From: SAR202 cluster bacterium Io17-Chloro-G4
GTDB lineage: Bacteria > Chloroflexota > Dehalococcoidia > Lucifugimonadales > UBA3495
Direction: 5' to 3'
Length of the DNA: 64,000 nucleotides
Assembly (NCBI GenBank): GCA_002816455.1
Contig: MUCR01000018.1
Coordinates: 1,855 to 65,854 of the forward strand
Positions within the stretch are counted from its first letter, which is position 1. The number at the start of each line of letters is the position of its first letter. The notes beneath the pieces are model-generated. The model was given only the letters and a program-made list of their open reading frames with translations, ran no database searches and was not told the origin of the DNA. A program made the translations under genes and the position numbers. Positions 36,000 to 45,454 of this stretch are shown in pieces.

Positions 36000-37109
36000 T
36001 TAATTGGCTTCTTCCAGCATTTGAACGAATCTATCGAAAAGATACTCGTTGTCCTGAGGACCCGGGGAAGCCTCCGAGTGATACTGGATGGTAAATAAGG
36101 GCATCTGTGTGTGTTTCAGCCCTTCAATTGTCCCATCGTTCAAGTTCAGATGGGAAATTTCCAAACCGGCTGGAAGGGAGTCTGGGTCAACGGCGTAACC
36201 GTGATTTTGAGCCGTTATGTAAACGCGTTCGGAGGCCAGATCCTTGACTGGGTGATTGGCGCCTCGGTGCCCGAACTTCAACTTGTAGGTCTTGGCACCC
36301 AGTGCCCTGGCCGCAATCTGGTGTCCCAGGCAGATTCCCATCACCGGCACTTGGCCCAACAATTTACTCAGGTTGCTCACCAGATAATCCAGCAGTTGGG
36401 GGTCTCCCGGTCCCGGTGAAAAGAGGATCCCCGAGGGATTCATGGCCAGCATGTCTTCCGCAGGGGTGGTCGCCGGTACCGCAATGACCTGGCAACCGCG
36501 CTGGCGTAGCAATCGCAGGATGTTGTATTTCAGACCGCAGTCCGTGACCAATATTTTATATTTGGCAGGATCGAGTTCCGTCTCACTAGATAGATCATCC
36601 CAGTCATAAATTTCTTCGGTGGTGACTGTGCGAACGTAGTCCGTATCATCATAGCGCGCCCGTTGGGCCAGTTTTTTCAGCGCAACTTCGGGCTGTTCCT
36701 GAGTGATAGCGCCCATCATCACGCCCTGGCTCCGCAGCCGACGAGTGATGGCCCTGGTGTCCACGCCGCTTATTCCGGGGATCCCTTGGGACCGAAGGAA
36801 TTCGTGAAGCGTATGCTCGCTTTGCCCGTGGCTGGGAAGGTCGCAGTGCTCCCTGACGATTAGTCCTGATACCTGTATGCGTTTAGACTCGAAGTCGTTC
36901 TTGTTTATTCCGTAGTTTCCCGCCAGGGGATATGTGAGGTTAACCAACTGGCCTGCGTAAGACGGGTCGGTCAGCACTTCCTGATAGCCGGTCATGCTGG
37001 TGTTAAAGACCACCTCTCCGTGGCCTTCGATTTCGGCGCCGAAGGACTCACCCGGATGCACCGAGCCGTCTTCCAAAACCAAATATGCTTTTGCGTAGCT
37101 ATCGGCCAT
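36000..37109 (-). CDS. carA: carbamoyl-phosphate synthase small (glutaminase) subunit
   Basis: Motifs GICLGHQ and IQYHSEASPGP; 369 aa. Confidence 0.95.
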   Translation of the reverse strand: MADSYAKAYLVLEDGSVHPGESFGAEIEGHGEVVFNTSMTGYQEVLTDPSYAGQLVNLTYPLAGNYGINKNDFESKRIQVSGLIVREHCDLPSHGQSEHTLHEFLRSQGIPGISGVDTRAITRRLRSQGVMMGAITQEQPEVALKKLAQRARYDDTDYVRTVTTEEIYDWDDLSSETELDPAKYKILVTDCGLKYNILRLLRQRGCQVIAVPATTPAEDMLAMNPSGILFSPGPGDPQLLDYLVSNLSKLLGQVPVMGICLGHQIAARALGAKTYKLKFGHRGANHPVKDLASERVYITAQNHGYAVDPDSLPAGLEISHLNLNDGTIEGLKHTQMPLFTIQYHSEASPGPQDNEYLFDRFVQMLEEAN

Positions 37110-37115
37110 CAGGGG

Positions 37116-38462
37116 TCAGCTTTCAGCATTCGTATACACTACTTTTCCTTCCACTATCGTCGTAACCACGCCGCCTTTTAGGGTCGTTCCCCGCAGGGGG
37201 GTGTTTTTGCCTTTGGACTCGAACTTTGAGGGATCGACCTCCCACTCCAAGTCCGAGTCGAAGACCACTATGTCAGCCGGCGTTCCCGGTTCAAGGGTAG
37301 CCAGTTCATCGAAAGTGGGACCCAAGACCCGGGCAGGACCAACGGTCATGCGATCGACTAGCGAGTTAAGGGTCATTCTGCCCGCGTGCACCAGTTGGAG
37401 GGACGACCCCAGGGCGGTCTCAAGGACGCTGATACCGAATGCCGCTTCGTTATAGGTCACCTGCTTGCTGACCGGCTCGTGGGGCGCGTGGTCCGTGGCG
37501 ATGCAATCTATCAGTCCGTCGGCCAATCCCTCAATTAATGCTTCCACGTCACTGCCACCCCGCAGCGGCGGATAGACCTTGGTTGAGGTGTCATAGGCGT
37601 TTGTGGATGCGCCGCTGGACTCAATCCCTCTGGTACCCAGCACCCACTTGTCGGTGATCGTAAGGTGATGGGGACAGACTTCCGCTGTTACGTTAAGGCC
37701 TTTTCCCTTGGCTTGACGCAAGAGAGGCACCGCTCCGGAAGTGGTGATGTGGGCCAGATGCAGGCGCCCGCCGGTTAGTTCCGCTAAGGAAATGTCCCTG
37801 GCAATCATGGCTTCTTCGGCGGCAGCGGGAATGCCCGGCAGGCCCAATCGCGTGGCTATCCAGCCCTCCGCCATCACACCGTTCCTAGACAATGCGTGCT
37901 CTTCGCAGTGGTTGGTGATTGGTATCCCCAAGTCGGCGCTGTAGCTTAAAGCCAGACGCATTATGTTTGCGTCGTAAACCGGGTCTCCATCGTCGCTAAA
38001 AGCCACGACTCCGGCGGAGGCCAACTCTTCCATCTCGGCCAAAGCCTTGCCCTTTCGGCCCTTGGTCACGCAGCCTACGGGATGAACGCGGACCACGGCG
38101 TCTTCCCGGCTGCGGCGGCGTATTAGGTCCACCACCGCGGCATTATCAATGGGTGGCTCAGTGTTAGGCATGCAACACAGAGAGGTAAAGCCTCCCCGGG
38201 CGCCAGCACGGGTTCCTGTGGCGATAGTTTCTTTGTACTCGAATCCGGGCTCCCGCAGGTGGCAATGGATGTCAATGAATCCGGGGCTGACAACCAGCCC
38301 GGTCGCATCGATAACTTGGCAGCCCTGGGGAATTTGGTCCGCGGGGACTTCGCCCACAATGGAAATTCGCCCATCACGTACCAAGACACTGGCCACTTGG
38401 TCGAAATTTCGGCCCGGGTCGATAACCCGGCCGTTTTTGATTAGCAATGCTCCAGACGCCAT
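37116..38462 (-). CDS. pyrC: dihydroorotase
   Basis: Motifs GFIDIHCHLREPG and CIATDHAPH; 448 aa. Confidence 0.93.
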   Translation of the reverse strand: MASGALLIKNGRVIDPGRNFDQVASVLVRDGRISIVGEVPADQIPQGCQVIDATGLVVSPGFIDIHCHLREPGFEYKETIATGTRAGARGGFTSLCCMPNTEPPIDNAAVVDLIRRRSREDAVVRVHPVGCVTKGRKGKALAEMEELASAGVVAFSDDGDPVYDANIMRLALSYSADLGIPITNHCEEHALSRNGVMAEGWIATRLGLPGIPAAAEEAMIARDISLAELTGGRLHLAHITTSGAVPLLRQAKGKGLNVTAEVCPHHLTITDKWVLGTRGIESSGASTNAYDTSTKVYPPLRGGSDVEALIEGLADGLIDCIATDHAPHEPVSKQVTYNEAAFGISVLETALGSSLQLVHAGRMTLNSLVDRMTVGPARVLGPTFDELATLEPGTPADIVVFDSDLEWEVDPSKFESKGKNTPLRGTTLKGGVVTTIVEGKVVYTNAES

Positions 38463-38463
38463 A

Positions 38464-39480
38464 TTATTTCGGCCCCGTGCAGAGTTGGTAGAGCAGCGCC
38501 ATGCGTATTGCTACCCCGTTAGTCACCTGCTCTTCGATGACCGAGTTGCCTCCGTGGGCAATGCTTGAACTGATTTCGATACCTTCGTTCATTGGGCCTG
38601 GATGCATCACCAGTGCGCCGGGCTTGGCCTTGGCCAAACGCTCGTCGGTTACCTGCCAGCGCCGGATGTACTCCCGCAGGCTGGGCAGGAAACCGGCGTC
38701 TTGCCGCTCCGACTGCAACCGCAAGGCCATCACCACATCGGCGTCCTGTATTGCCAAGTCTAGGTCTGTGACCACCTCGATCGAGGCCAATTCCTCCGGC
38801 AAGGCATCTCCTCCGTTTCGGTGGAGCAGGTCTAACGGCAACAACGTGGCGGGACCGCAAATCACCACCTTTGCCCCCATTTTAGAGAATCCCCAAATGT
38901 TGGAACGAGCCACCCGGCTGTGTAAGACATCGCCCACTATGACTACTTTCAGGCCGCTTATGCTCCCCAACTTATCTTGAACCGTGTATAGGTCCAGCAG
39001 CGCTTGAGTGGGATGGGCGTGTATCCCGTCGCCGGCGTTAATAATTCCCACCCGGTCCAATTGTTGGGCCAGCAGGTACGGGGCCCCGGAGTAAGCATGG
39101 CGCACGACTATCACGTCAACTCCCATAGCTTGGAGGGTCAAGCCGGTGTTCAGCAGTGACTCGCCCTTCTCCACGCTGCTGGCGGAAGCCGTCATGTTGA
39201 TGACGTCGGCGCTCAGCACCTTTCCGGCCTCTTCGAAAGAGATGCGGGTGCGGGTGCTGGACTCGTAAAACAGGGTCACAACCACTCTTCCCCGAAGTGT
39301 GGGAACCTTTTTGATGTCCCGGCCCAGGACTTCGGCCATGCCCTTCGCCGACTCGATTACCGCCAAGATCTCCTCGGACGAGAAATCGTCCAAATCCAGC
39401 ACATGCTTTCTGGGCGGCAAATGGGGCGAATCCGTTGGTACGACTAACGAAGCGGTCTCAATCGCTTGGGACGTACTCAT
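38464..39480 (-). CDS. pyrB: aspartate carbamoyltransferase catalytic subunit
   Basis: GGAGGA lies 9 nt upstream of the ATG at 39480. Motifs ESSTRTR, HPTQALLD and MHPGPMN. Confidence 0.93.
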   Translation of the reverse strand: MSTSQAIETASLVVPTDSPHLPPRKHVLDLDDFSSEEILAVIESAKGMAEVLGRDIKKVPTLRGRVVVTLFYESSTRTRISFEEAGKVLSADVINMTASASSVEKGESLLNTGLTLQAMGVDVIVVRHAYSGAPYLLAQQLDRVGIINAGDGIHAHPTQALLDLYTVQDKLGSISGLKVVIVGDVLHSRVARSNIWGFSKMGAKVVICGPATLLPLDLLHRNGGDALPEELASIEVVTDLDLAIQDADVVMALRLQSERQDAGFLPSLREYIRRWQVTDERLAKAKPGALVMHPGPMNEGIEISSSIAHGGNSVIEEQVTNGVAIRMALLYQLCTGPK

Positions 39481-39519
39481 GCTTCCTAGTCCTCCATCCA
39501 ATCGTTGCCGATTATAGAA

Positions 39520-39549
39520 CCGCTCGTGAAGAGCTCCGACCGAAGGTCA
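39520..39549 (-). repeat. inverted copy of mosaic repeat module M2 in the pyrR-pyrB spacer
   Basis: The minus strand reads TGACCTTCGGTCGGAGCTCTTCACGAGCGG; compare 16298..16328. Confidence 0.7.
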
Positions 39550-39561
39550 AGTGCCGGATTC

Positions 39562-40164
39562 TCATCGGGAATCCTTAAAATCGTCAGAGCGCACGATAGT
39601 CACTCTATCCACCCCATCGGTCTCTTCCATGCGGACTTTCACAACCTCGTCGGTGGCTGTGGGGATGTTCTGCCCAACGTAGTCGGCCCTAATGGGCAAC
39701 TCCCGGTGTCCCCGGTCCAACAAAATGGCTAATTGGACTTGCTTGGGGCGCCCAAAGTCGTTCAGCGCGTCCATGGCGGCTCGAATGGTCCTTCCCGTGT
39801 AAAGCACGTCGTCCACCAGCACCACTCTCTTGTCGTTGATGGCCACCGGTATGTTGGTGGGACGCAAAACAGGCCGGGAGCGCTCTTGCAGGTCGTCTCG
39901 GTAAAGGTTTATGTCCAACGCTCCCACCGGGACTTCACTCCCCTCAAACTGGCCGATATTGGCCGCCAAACGATTGGCAAGCAACACACCCCGCGTGTAG
40001 ATGCCCACCAGCACCAACTCTTGAGCCCCCCGGTTGCGCTCCAATATTTCATGGGCCACCCGGGCCAATGCCCGGCGGATGTCGTCCTGGCTCATTATTT
40101 GGCGCTCTGAGGTTGTCTTCCGGGTCATGGCGTGCTTAAACCGGTCCCGTTTGTACGCCGTCAT
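39562..40164 (-). CDS. pyrR: PyrR, bifunctional pyr mRNA-binding attenuation protein / uracil phosphoribosyltransferase
   Basis: Motifs [18 protein letters not shown] and [17 protein letters not shown]. An alternative start is the ATG at 40128. Confidence 0.9.
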   Translation of the reverse strand: MTAYKRDRFKHAMTRKTTSERQIMSQDDIRRALARVAHEILERNRGAQELVLVGIYTRGVLLANRLAANIGQFEGSEVPVGALDINLYRDDLQERSRPVLRPTNIPVAINDKRVVLVDDVLYTGRTIRAAMDALNDFGRPKQVQLAILLDRGHRELPIRADYVGQNIPTATDEVVKVRMEETDGVDRVTIVRSDDFKDSR

Positions 40165-40181
40165 TGATTGATTTAGACATC

Positions 40182-40291
40182 AAAAAACCCCTTGCCTCAA
40201 GCTGGCAAGGGGCTCCGAAGTCAGGGGCCGTTAAATTTCGGCTACCCAGACCTGACTTAGGGTACGCTACTTTGCCAGCCTCACTGGACTG
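40182..40291 (-). promoter_or_regulatory. PyrR-dependent transcription attenuator (binding loop, antiterminator, terminator)
   Basis: The minus-strand RNA contains AGUCCAGUGAGGCUGG, matching the PyrR box ARUCCAGAGAGGYU at 13/14. GCUGGCAA can pair with UUGCCAGC of the terminator arm. The terminator is CCCCUUGCC-AGCUUGA-GGCAAGGGG-U6 at 40212..40182. Confidence 0.75.
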
Positions 40292-40539
40292 TCTTAAAAG
40301 CTGGGCCATCCTCTCGGGAACGGCCTTGGGACCCTGGTCAATCCAAGTCTGTTTTAAACCACGGCTATCTTATCAGGAAATTTGGCCGCTGGGAAGGGTG
40401 TTATGTAAAGTCGGTCCTGTCACCAATTAGTGCCCCACCCCAGATGTCCCTACCGGGTCGAGGATGCCCTATGAAATCGGCACTTCGCCGCTGAGGCTGG
40501 CTCAGCATGACATTTGCGGCGACCCATGGTCACCAACGG

Positions 40540-42570
40540 TTACGCCGCTATTCGCTTGCGCCGGTTAGTTACGTAGTCGACCAGCATGAACTCACCTATG
40601 TTGGCGGCGCTGGTGTAAAATGCCCGGCCCTGGTTGATGCGGGTCATCCGGTCAACGAAGTTCACCAACTGGTAGTTGTTCTCCAGCATGAAGGTGTTAA
40701 TGAGAATATCTTCTTGGGTGCAGCGTTTAACCTCTTTCAAGGTTTCCTGCTCGGTTCTATAACTGGGCGGGTAGCTGAAAAAGGCCTTTTCTCCTTCCAG
40801 GTGGGCCGTGGGTTCTCCATCAGTGATGCACAGAATCTGGCGGGTGCCGCCTTTCTCCTTGGACAGGAGCTTCCGGGAAAGCATCAGAGCATGATGAAGG
40901 TTGGTGCCCGACACCCACGAGTTCCAACTGGTCTTAGCCAACTCATCCTCTTTGATCTCTCTGGCATAATCGGAGAATCCGATGATACACAAGGTGTCTC
41001 TGGGATATTGAGTGCGGATGAGCGCCATCAGTGCAAGGGTGACTTTCTTAGCGGCTTGGAAGTTGTTGAACAGGCCCATGGACCTGCTTTGGTCCAACAG
41101 AACCACCGTGGACGTGCGGGTCATATGCTCGGTGCGGAAGACTTCGAAGTCTTGCGGACTCAGCTTCACCGGCACTTGGGGCCCGGAGCGCAGTACAGCG
41201 TTCTTTACAGTCGTTTGCAGGTCAATCTGGAACGGGTCGCCGAACTCATAGGCTTTGGTTTCGCCCAGCAAGTCGCCATTGGCGCCCCGGGTATCCATAA
41301 GGTGGTTGCCCATGCGGTCTTTTTTCAGGTGGACGAATACTTCCCGAAGGGCCTTTTGGCCGATGCGGCGGATGCCCCTGGCGGTCAGGTCCATCTTGTC
41401 GTCGTCGGTAACGTAGCCAGCGTCCTTCAATAGCTGGCGCAGTCGTTCCATTTCCTCCCAGGCTTTCCTTGCCTCATCCCCCAAAATCTCGGCCAGTTTA
41501 TCCGGGTCCACATCGTCTAAGTTCCCGGTGCGCATGGCCTGGCGCAGGGCTTCCTCCAGTTGGTCCTGCTCTTGAAGCTTGCGCATCATTTCCATGGCTT
41601 GGTCCATGGTTAGGCTGTCGTCGCCCAAGAAAGGATACTGGCGGCGCATATCGTCCATGGGCATCATTTGTTCCATGAGTGATGCCAGCTGGGCCATGGC
41701 ACGCTGTGTTTCCGGGTCCAAGGCCGCGTTCATGGCATCTTCCAGTTCGCGGCGCATTTCCGGAGACATACTCTCAAGCATAGACTGCATCTGACCGAGC
41801 TGCTGCTGCAGGTGCTCCATTAGCTCATCAAAGCTTTGGGGTGGGTTCGGGCCGAACATGGAGCCGAACGGTTGCATGAAACCGTCGAAATCCGGCTCAC
41901 GGCCATCCATCTTGTCCTTCATCATCTGGCCAAGCTGGTTCATCATCTCCCGCATTGCGGCCATGTCCTCAGGAGACATACCTTGCATCTGTTGCTGCAT
42001 CTGCTGGGAGAAGTTTTGGGCCATTTGGGACTTGAGCATGTCCAGCAACTCTTGGAACTTCTGCTGGGCGTCCGGATCCATGAAGTCGTATTCCATTAGC
42101 TGCTGAATCTGCCCGCCGACGCTTTCGGGGAGGTCGTCCAAGCGCTCCCGATTCCGCTGGGCCCTTTGCTCCAGCAGTTGCAGAAGGTTCTCGTGCTGTT
42201 GCCGCTCTTCGCTGTGGTCTTCCTCCACCTGCCCTTGGGCTTCATGCAGGCGACGGTCAATGCCCTCCCGCTCCGTGCGGACAATGTCTTCAAGGCGCTC
42301 CTTCAGGTCGTCAACAACCGAATCCATGTTGTACTGTTGAAGCTGCTCTCTGCGCCGGTTCTTCAGCTGATCAATCAGGTCCTTGAGGCTGGTGAGTTGC
42401 TGTCCGTTTTGGTCCATAGCGCCGTTACGAAACAGCTCCCGCAGGGCCTTCATCATATCGCCCTGCTTTAACAACTCATCAGAGAGTTGGTCCATCAACG
42501 CATCGGCGTCGATGTCGAAAATTCGCTGAGTGCCATCCCATTGGGAGTAACGATAGGTGCGGTAGAGCAT
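40540..42570 (-). CDS. von Willebrand factor A (VWA) domain protein with long Met/Gln/Glu-rich helical N-terminal region
   Basis: C-terminal MIDAS VVLLDQSRSM...ILCITDGEPT. The N-terminus is YSQWDGTQ. GAGGAAG RBS. Confidence 0.85.
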   Translation of the reverse strand: MLYRTYRYSQWDGTQRIFDIDADALMDQLSDELLKQGDMMKALRELFRNGAMDQNGQQLTSLKDLIDQLKNRRREQLQQYNMDSVVDDLKERLEDIVRTEREGIDRRLHEAQGQVEEDHSEERQQHENLLQLLEQRAQRNRERLDDLPESVGGQIQQLMEYDFMDPDAQQKFQELLDMLKSQMAQNFSQQMQQQMQGMSPEDMAAMREMMNQLGQMMKDKMDGREPDFDGFMQPFGSMFGPNPPQSFDELMEHLQQQLGQMQSMLESMSPEMRRELEDAMNAALDPETQRAMAQLASLMEQMMPMDDMRRQYPFLGDDSLTMDQAMEMMRKLQEQDQLEEALRQAMRTGNLDDVDPDKLAEILGDEARKAWEEMERLRQLLKDAGYVTDDDKMDLTARGIRRIGQKALREVFVHLKKDRMGNHLMDTRGANGDLLGETKAYEFGDPFQIDLQTTVKNAVLRSGPQVPVKLSPQDFEVFRTEHMTRTSTVVLLDQSRSMGLFNNFQAAKKVTLALMALIRTQYPRDTLCIIGFSDYAREIKEDELAKTSWNSWVSGTNLHHALMLSRKLLSKEKGGTRQILCITDGEPTAHLEGEKAFFSYPPSYRTEQETLKEVKRCTQEDILINTFMLENNYQLVNFVDRMTRINQGRAFYTSAANIGEFMLVDYVTNRRKRIAA

Positions 42571-42704
42571 TCTTCCTCACATTCCCATCGACTTAAGAAC
42601 CTGGCAATTCTGGGCCACCAAAGGATAACACCACCATGATACCGCCTAGGTTTACTTCATATCAAGGAGGCATGTATGTGTTTGGTATGAAGATCTTACT
42701 CTTC

Positions 42705-42755
42705 CGTCATTCCGGCCCTTCCCCTTCCTCCTAAGGGCGAGCAGCGCAAGGGGAA
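42705..42755 (+). repeat. about 50-nt intergenic repeat, copy 2 (see 17050..17098)
   Basis: CGTCATTCCGGCCCTTCCCCTTCCTCCTAAGGGCGAGCAGCGCAAGG. Confidence 0.7.
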
Positions 42756-42961
42756 TCCATGAATCGTCTCGACCAAGAAATTTACTGGACACTGGCCTTC
42801 GCCGGTGTAACGGCAACGTGTCACGGTGGATGCTAGCTTCAAGTTAATGGACCCGCTTCAGGCGGCCATTAGGCCTGGGTCCTATGCTATAATCGGCCCA
42901 CTTTCAGCCCGGATTTTGCTGGGCCCGGATCTAGCTGGGCAATAAGGAACCACAGCCGAAT

Positions 42962-44185
42962 ATGCTCAGTCCTTACACAGTTTTAGACCTTACCGATGAC
43001 AAAGGTGAGTTCGCCGGCATGCTCCTTGGAGACTTGGGCGCAGACGTCATCAAGATAGAGCCGCCGGAAGGCTCAAATAGCCGCAAGATGGAGCCATTCT
43101 TGGACGGGGCGCCAGACTCCGAACGCAGCCTTCGTTATTTTGCGTTCAACCGTAACAAGCGGGGCGTTACCCTAGACTTGAACAGCGATGACGGCAAGCT
43201 AGCTCTCAGGTCCCTGGCAGAGAAGGCGGACTTCATCATCGAATCGGCTCCACCGGGCGAGATGGACCGTCTAGGTGTTGGATTTGACGTTCTCAGGCAG
43301 GTCAACCCCCGCATAGTGCATGTGGCGATAACACCCTTTGGCCAGGATGGCCCGTACGCCAATTTCGCCGCCAATGATTTGACCCTGGCCGCCATGAGCG
43401 GGCAAATGAGCGTTCAAGGTGACCCAAATAGACCCCCGGTGCGCATCACAGTACCCCAGGTGTGGTTGCACGCCTCGGCCGAAGCAGTGGTGGGAGCGCT
43501 CACCGCCCACGCTAGGATGCTGGCGACGGGAGAGGCGCAGTTTGTGGACGTATCCGCCCAGACCGCCATGTTCTGGTCCATGTTGCACGCCCGGCTTGCT
43601 CATCCGATTCAGGGGTCCAATTTCAACCGGGGTGGATCTGTACTCCAATTGGGAACTTTAAGCGTGCCGGTCGTGTACGAGTGCGCCGACGGTCACATCG
43701 TAGCGCTTCCCTCGGGCGCCACGATGGTCAAGATGGTCCACTGGCTGGTGGCCGACGGAGTTGTGCCCGAAGAATGGATAGAAGGCGAAGACTGGCCCAT
43801 CTACGAAAGGAACCTATTCCAGGAAAACGCCGTGCGATACCCCATGGAAGAAGTTGTGGATGCCGTTAGCCGTTATATAAAGAGACGCACCAAAGCTGAA
43901 CTCTTGGAGTTGGGTCTTCGGGAAGGCGTGACGCTGGCGCCGGTGAGCACCGCAGAGGACTTGGTCCGCTTTCGGCATTTGGAGGAGCGGGGATACTGGC
44001 TCACAGCTCCGTTACCAAACGGCAGCGAGGTGCGAGCGCTAGGAGTCTTAGCGAGGCCTACGGCGACTCCCATGAGCGTCCGCCTTTGGGCGCCGGCATT
44101 GGGCCAACACAATCAGGAAGTCCTAGGAGACATGCTGGGGCTGTCGCCAGCGTCAGCCGCCGCCGCCAGCGGCCGGAAGGGGTAG
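42962..44185 (+). CDS. family III CoA-transferase, subunit type A (copy 1, catalytic Asp present)
   Basis: Motifs VLDLTDDKGEFAGMLLGDLGADV and GQDGPYANFAANDLTLAAMSG. Confidence 0.85.
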   Translation: MLSPYTVLDLTDDKGEFAGMLLGDLGADVIKIEPPEGSNSRKMEPFLDGAPDSERSLRYFAFNRNKRGVTLDLNSDDGKLALRSLAEKADFIIESAPPGEMDRLGVGFDVLRQVNPRIVHVAITPFGQDGPYANFAANDLTLAAMSGQMSVQGDPNRPPVRITVPQVWLHASAEAVVGALTAHARMLATGEAQFVDVSAQTAMFWSMLHARLAHPIQGSNFNRGGSVLQLGTLSVPVVYECADGHIVALPSGATMVKMVHWLVADGVVPEEWIEGEDWPIYERNLFQENAVRYPMEEVVDAVSRYIKRRTKAELLELGLREGVTLAPVSTAEDLVRFRHLEERGYWLTAPLPNGSEVRALGVLARPTATPMSVRLWAPALGQHNQEVLGDMLGLSPASAAAASGRKG

Positions 44186-44188
44186 TAC

Positions 44189-45412
44189 ATGGCCTCATCA
44201 GACAAGTTGCCATTTGATGGCGTGAAAATTGCGGACTTTTCTTGGGTGTGGGTCGGCCCTACCAGCACCAAATACCTGGCGGACCACGGCGCCACCGTTG
44301 TGAGGGTGGAATCCCTGAGCCGGCCTGATATCCTGTATAGCCTCGGTCCGTTCAAAGACCGGGAGGCCGGACCCACCAGGACCCATGCTTTCAGCGACTT
44401 CAATACGTCCAAGCTTGGCCTTACTTTGAATTTAAAGACTCCCGAAGCCACTGAAATCGCCAAACGCTTGATTTCCTGGACCGACGTTTACGTTGAAAGT
44501 TTCACTCCTGGGACGATGGCCGGATTGGGCATAGATTATGAAGTAGCCAGGAAAGTTAACCCGTCAATAATCATGGTCAGCACTTGTCTTATGGGGCAGA
44601 GCGGCCCGGCATCGGCCTTCGCTGGCTATGGGTTTCATGCCGGGGCAGTGGCTGGATTTTACGACATTACGGGCTGGCCTGATCTTGCCCCAGATGGACC
44701 CTGGGTGGCCTACACCGATGTGGTCACTCCTAGAATTCTGTCGGCCATTATAATGGCGGCCGTGGACCATAAACGCCGTACCGGCCAAGGCCAATATATC
44801 GACGCCAGCCAATTGGAGATGGGACTGCAGTTCTTGGCGCCCCAGATCCTCGATTACACTGCTAACGATCACTTGACCACACGCAACGGAAACCGATCCA
44901 ACTTTGCTGCCCCGCAGGGAGCGTATTCCTGCGCCGGTGATGACCAATGGTGCGCCATTGCCGTCGAAAGTGACGAAGAGTGGGCTGGCTTGGTCAAGGT
45001 ACTAGGAAACCCCGGTTTGGCTACGGACGGCCGTTTCGCCACAAACTCAGGTCGTCTACAAAACCACGACGAGATTGACGCTCAAATCTCTCAGTGGACT
45101 GCCGCCAAGACGCCGCAAGAAGTGATGAGGCTCTGCCAAGCAGAGGGTGTGCCGGCGGGAGTAGTCCAGCGAAGCAGTGACTTGTTTGAGGACCCGCAAC
45201 TGGCTCACCGGAGAATGTTTCCTCAGCTCGACGATCCACAAGTGGGACCGGTTCCTCACACCGGTCATCTGTTTGACATTCGCGGCTACGACCATGGGCC
45301 GCGGTCCCCCTCTCCGTTAATAGGCCAGCACAACGAGCAGATATTGAAAGAATTCCTGGGCATGACTGATGACGAAATCACCGAAGCCGTAATAGCGGGC
45401 GCCCTGGAATAA
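44189..45412 (+). CDS. family III CoA-transferase-like, subunit type B (copy 1, Asp replaced by Gly)
   Basis: Motifs KIADFSWVWVGPTSTKYLADHGATV and GQSGPASAFAGYGFHAGAVAG. Starts 3 nt after A1 ends. Confidence 0.85.
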   Translation: MASSDKLPFDGVKIADFSWVWVGPTSTKYLADHGATVVRVESLSRPDILYSLGPFKDREAGPTRTHAFSDFNTSKLGLTLNLKTPEATEIAKRLISWTDVYVESFTPGTMAGLGIDYEVARKVNPSIIMVSTCLMGQSGPASAFAGYGFHAGAVAGFYDITGWPDLAPDGPWVAYTDVVTPRILSAIIMAAVDHKRRTGQGQYIDASQLEMGLQFLAPQILDYTANDHLTTRNGNRSNFAAPQGAYSCAGDDQWCAIAVESDEEWAGLVKVLGNPGLATDGRFATNSGRLQNHDEIDAQISQWTAAKTPQEVMRLCQAEGVPAGVVQRSSDLFEDPQLAHRRMFPQLDDPQVGPVPHTGHLFDIRGYDHGPRSPSPLIGQHNEQILKEFLGMTDDEITEAVIAGALE

Positions 45413-45454
45413 ATTAAATCATGGTAATCAAGAACCGGGCGTGAAAGGACCTAA

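Noticed and set aside
39481-39561. Second PyrR attenuator between pyrR and pyrB, as in Bacillus
   Set aside because: No UCCAGAGAGG-like box or terminator is present. The spacer instead contains an inverted copy of mosaic repeat module M2.
40507-41433. 308-aa plus-strand ORF
   Set aside because: It is entirely antisense to the well-supported VWA gene. It has low-complexity G/A/L/V-rich composition typical of shadow ORFs in GC-rich DNA, and no RBS.
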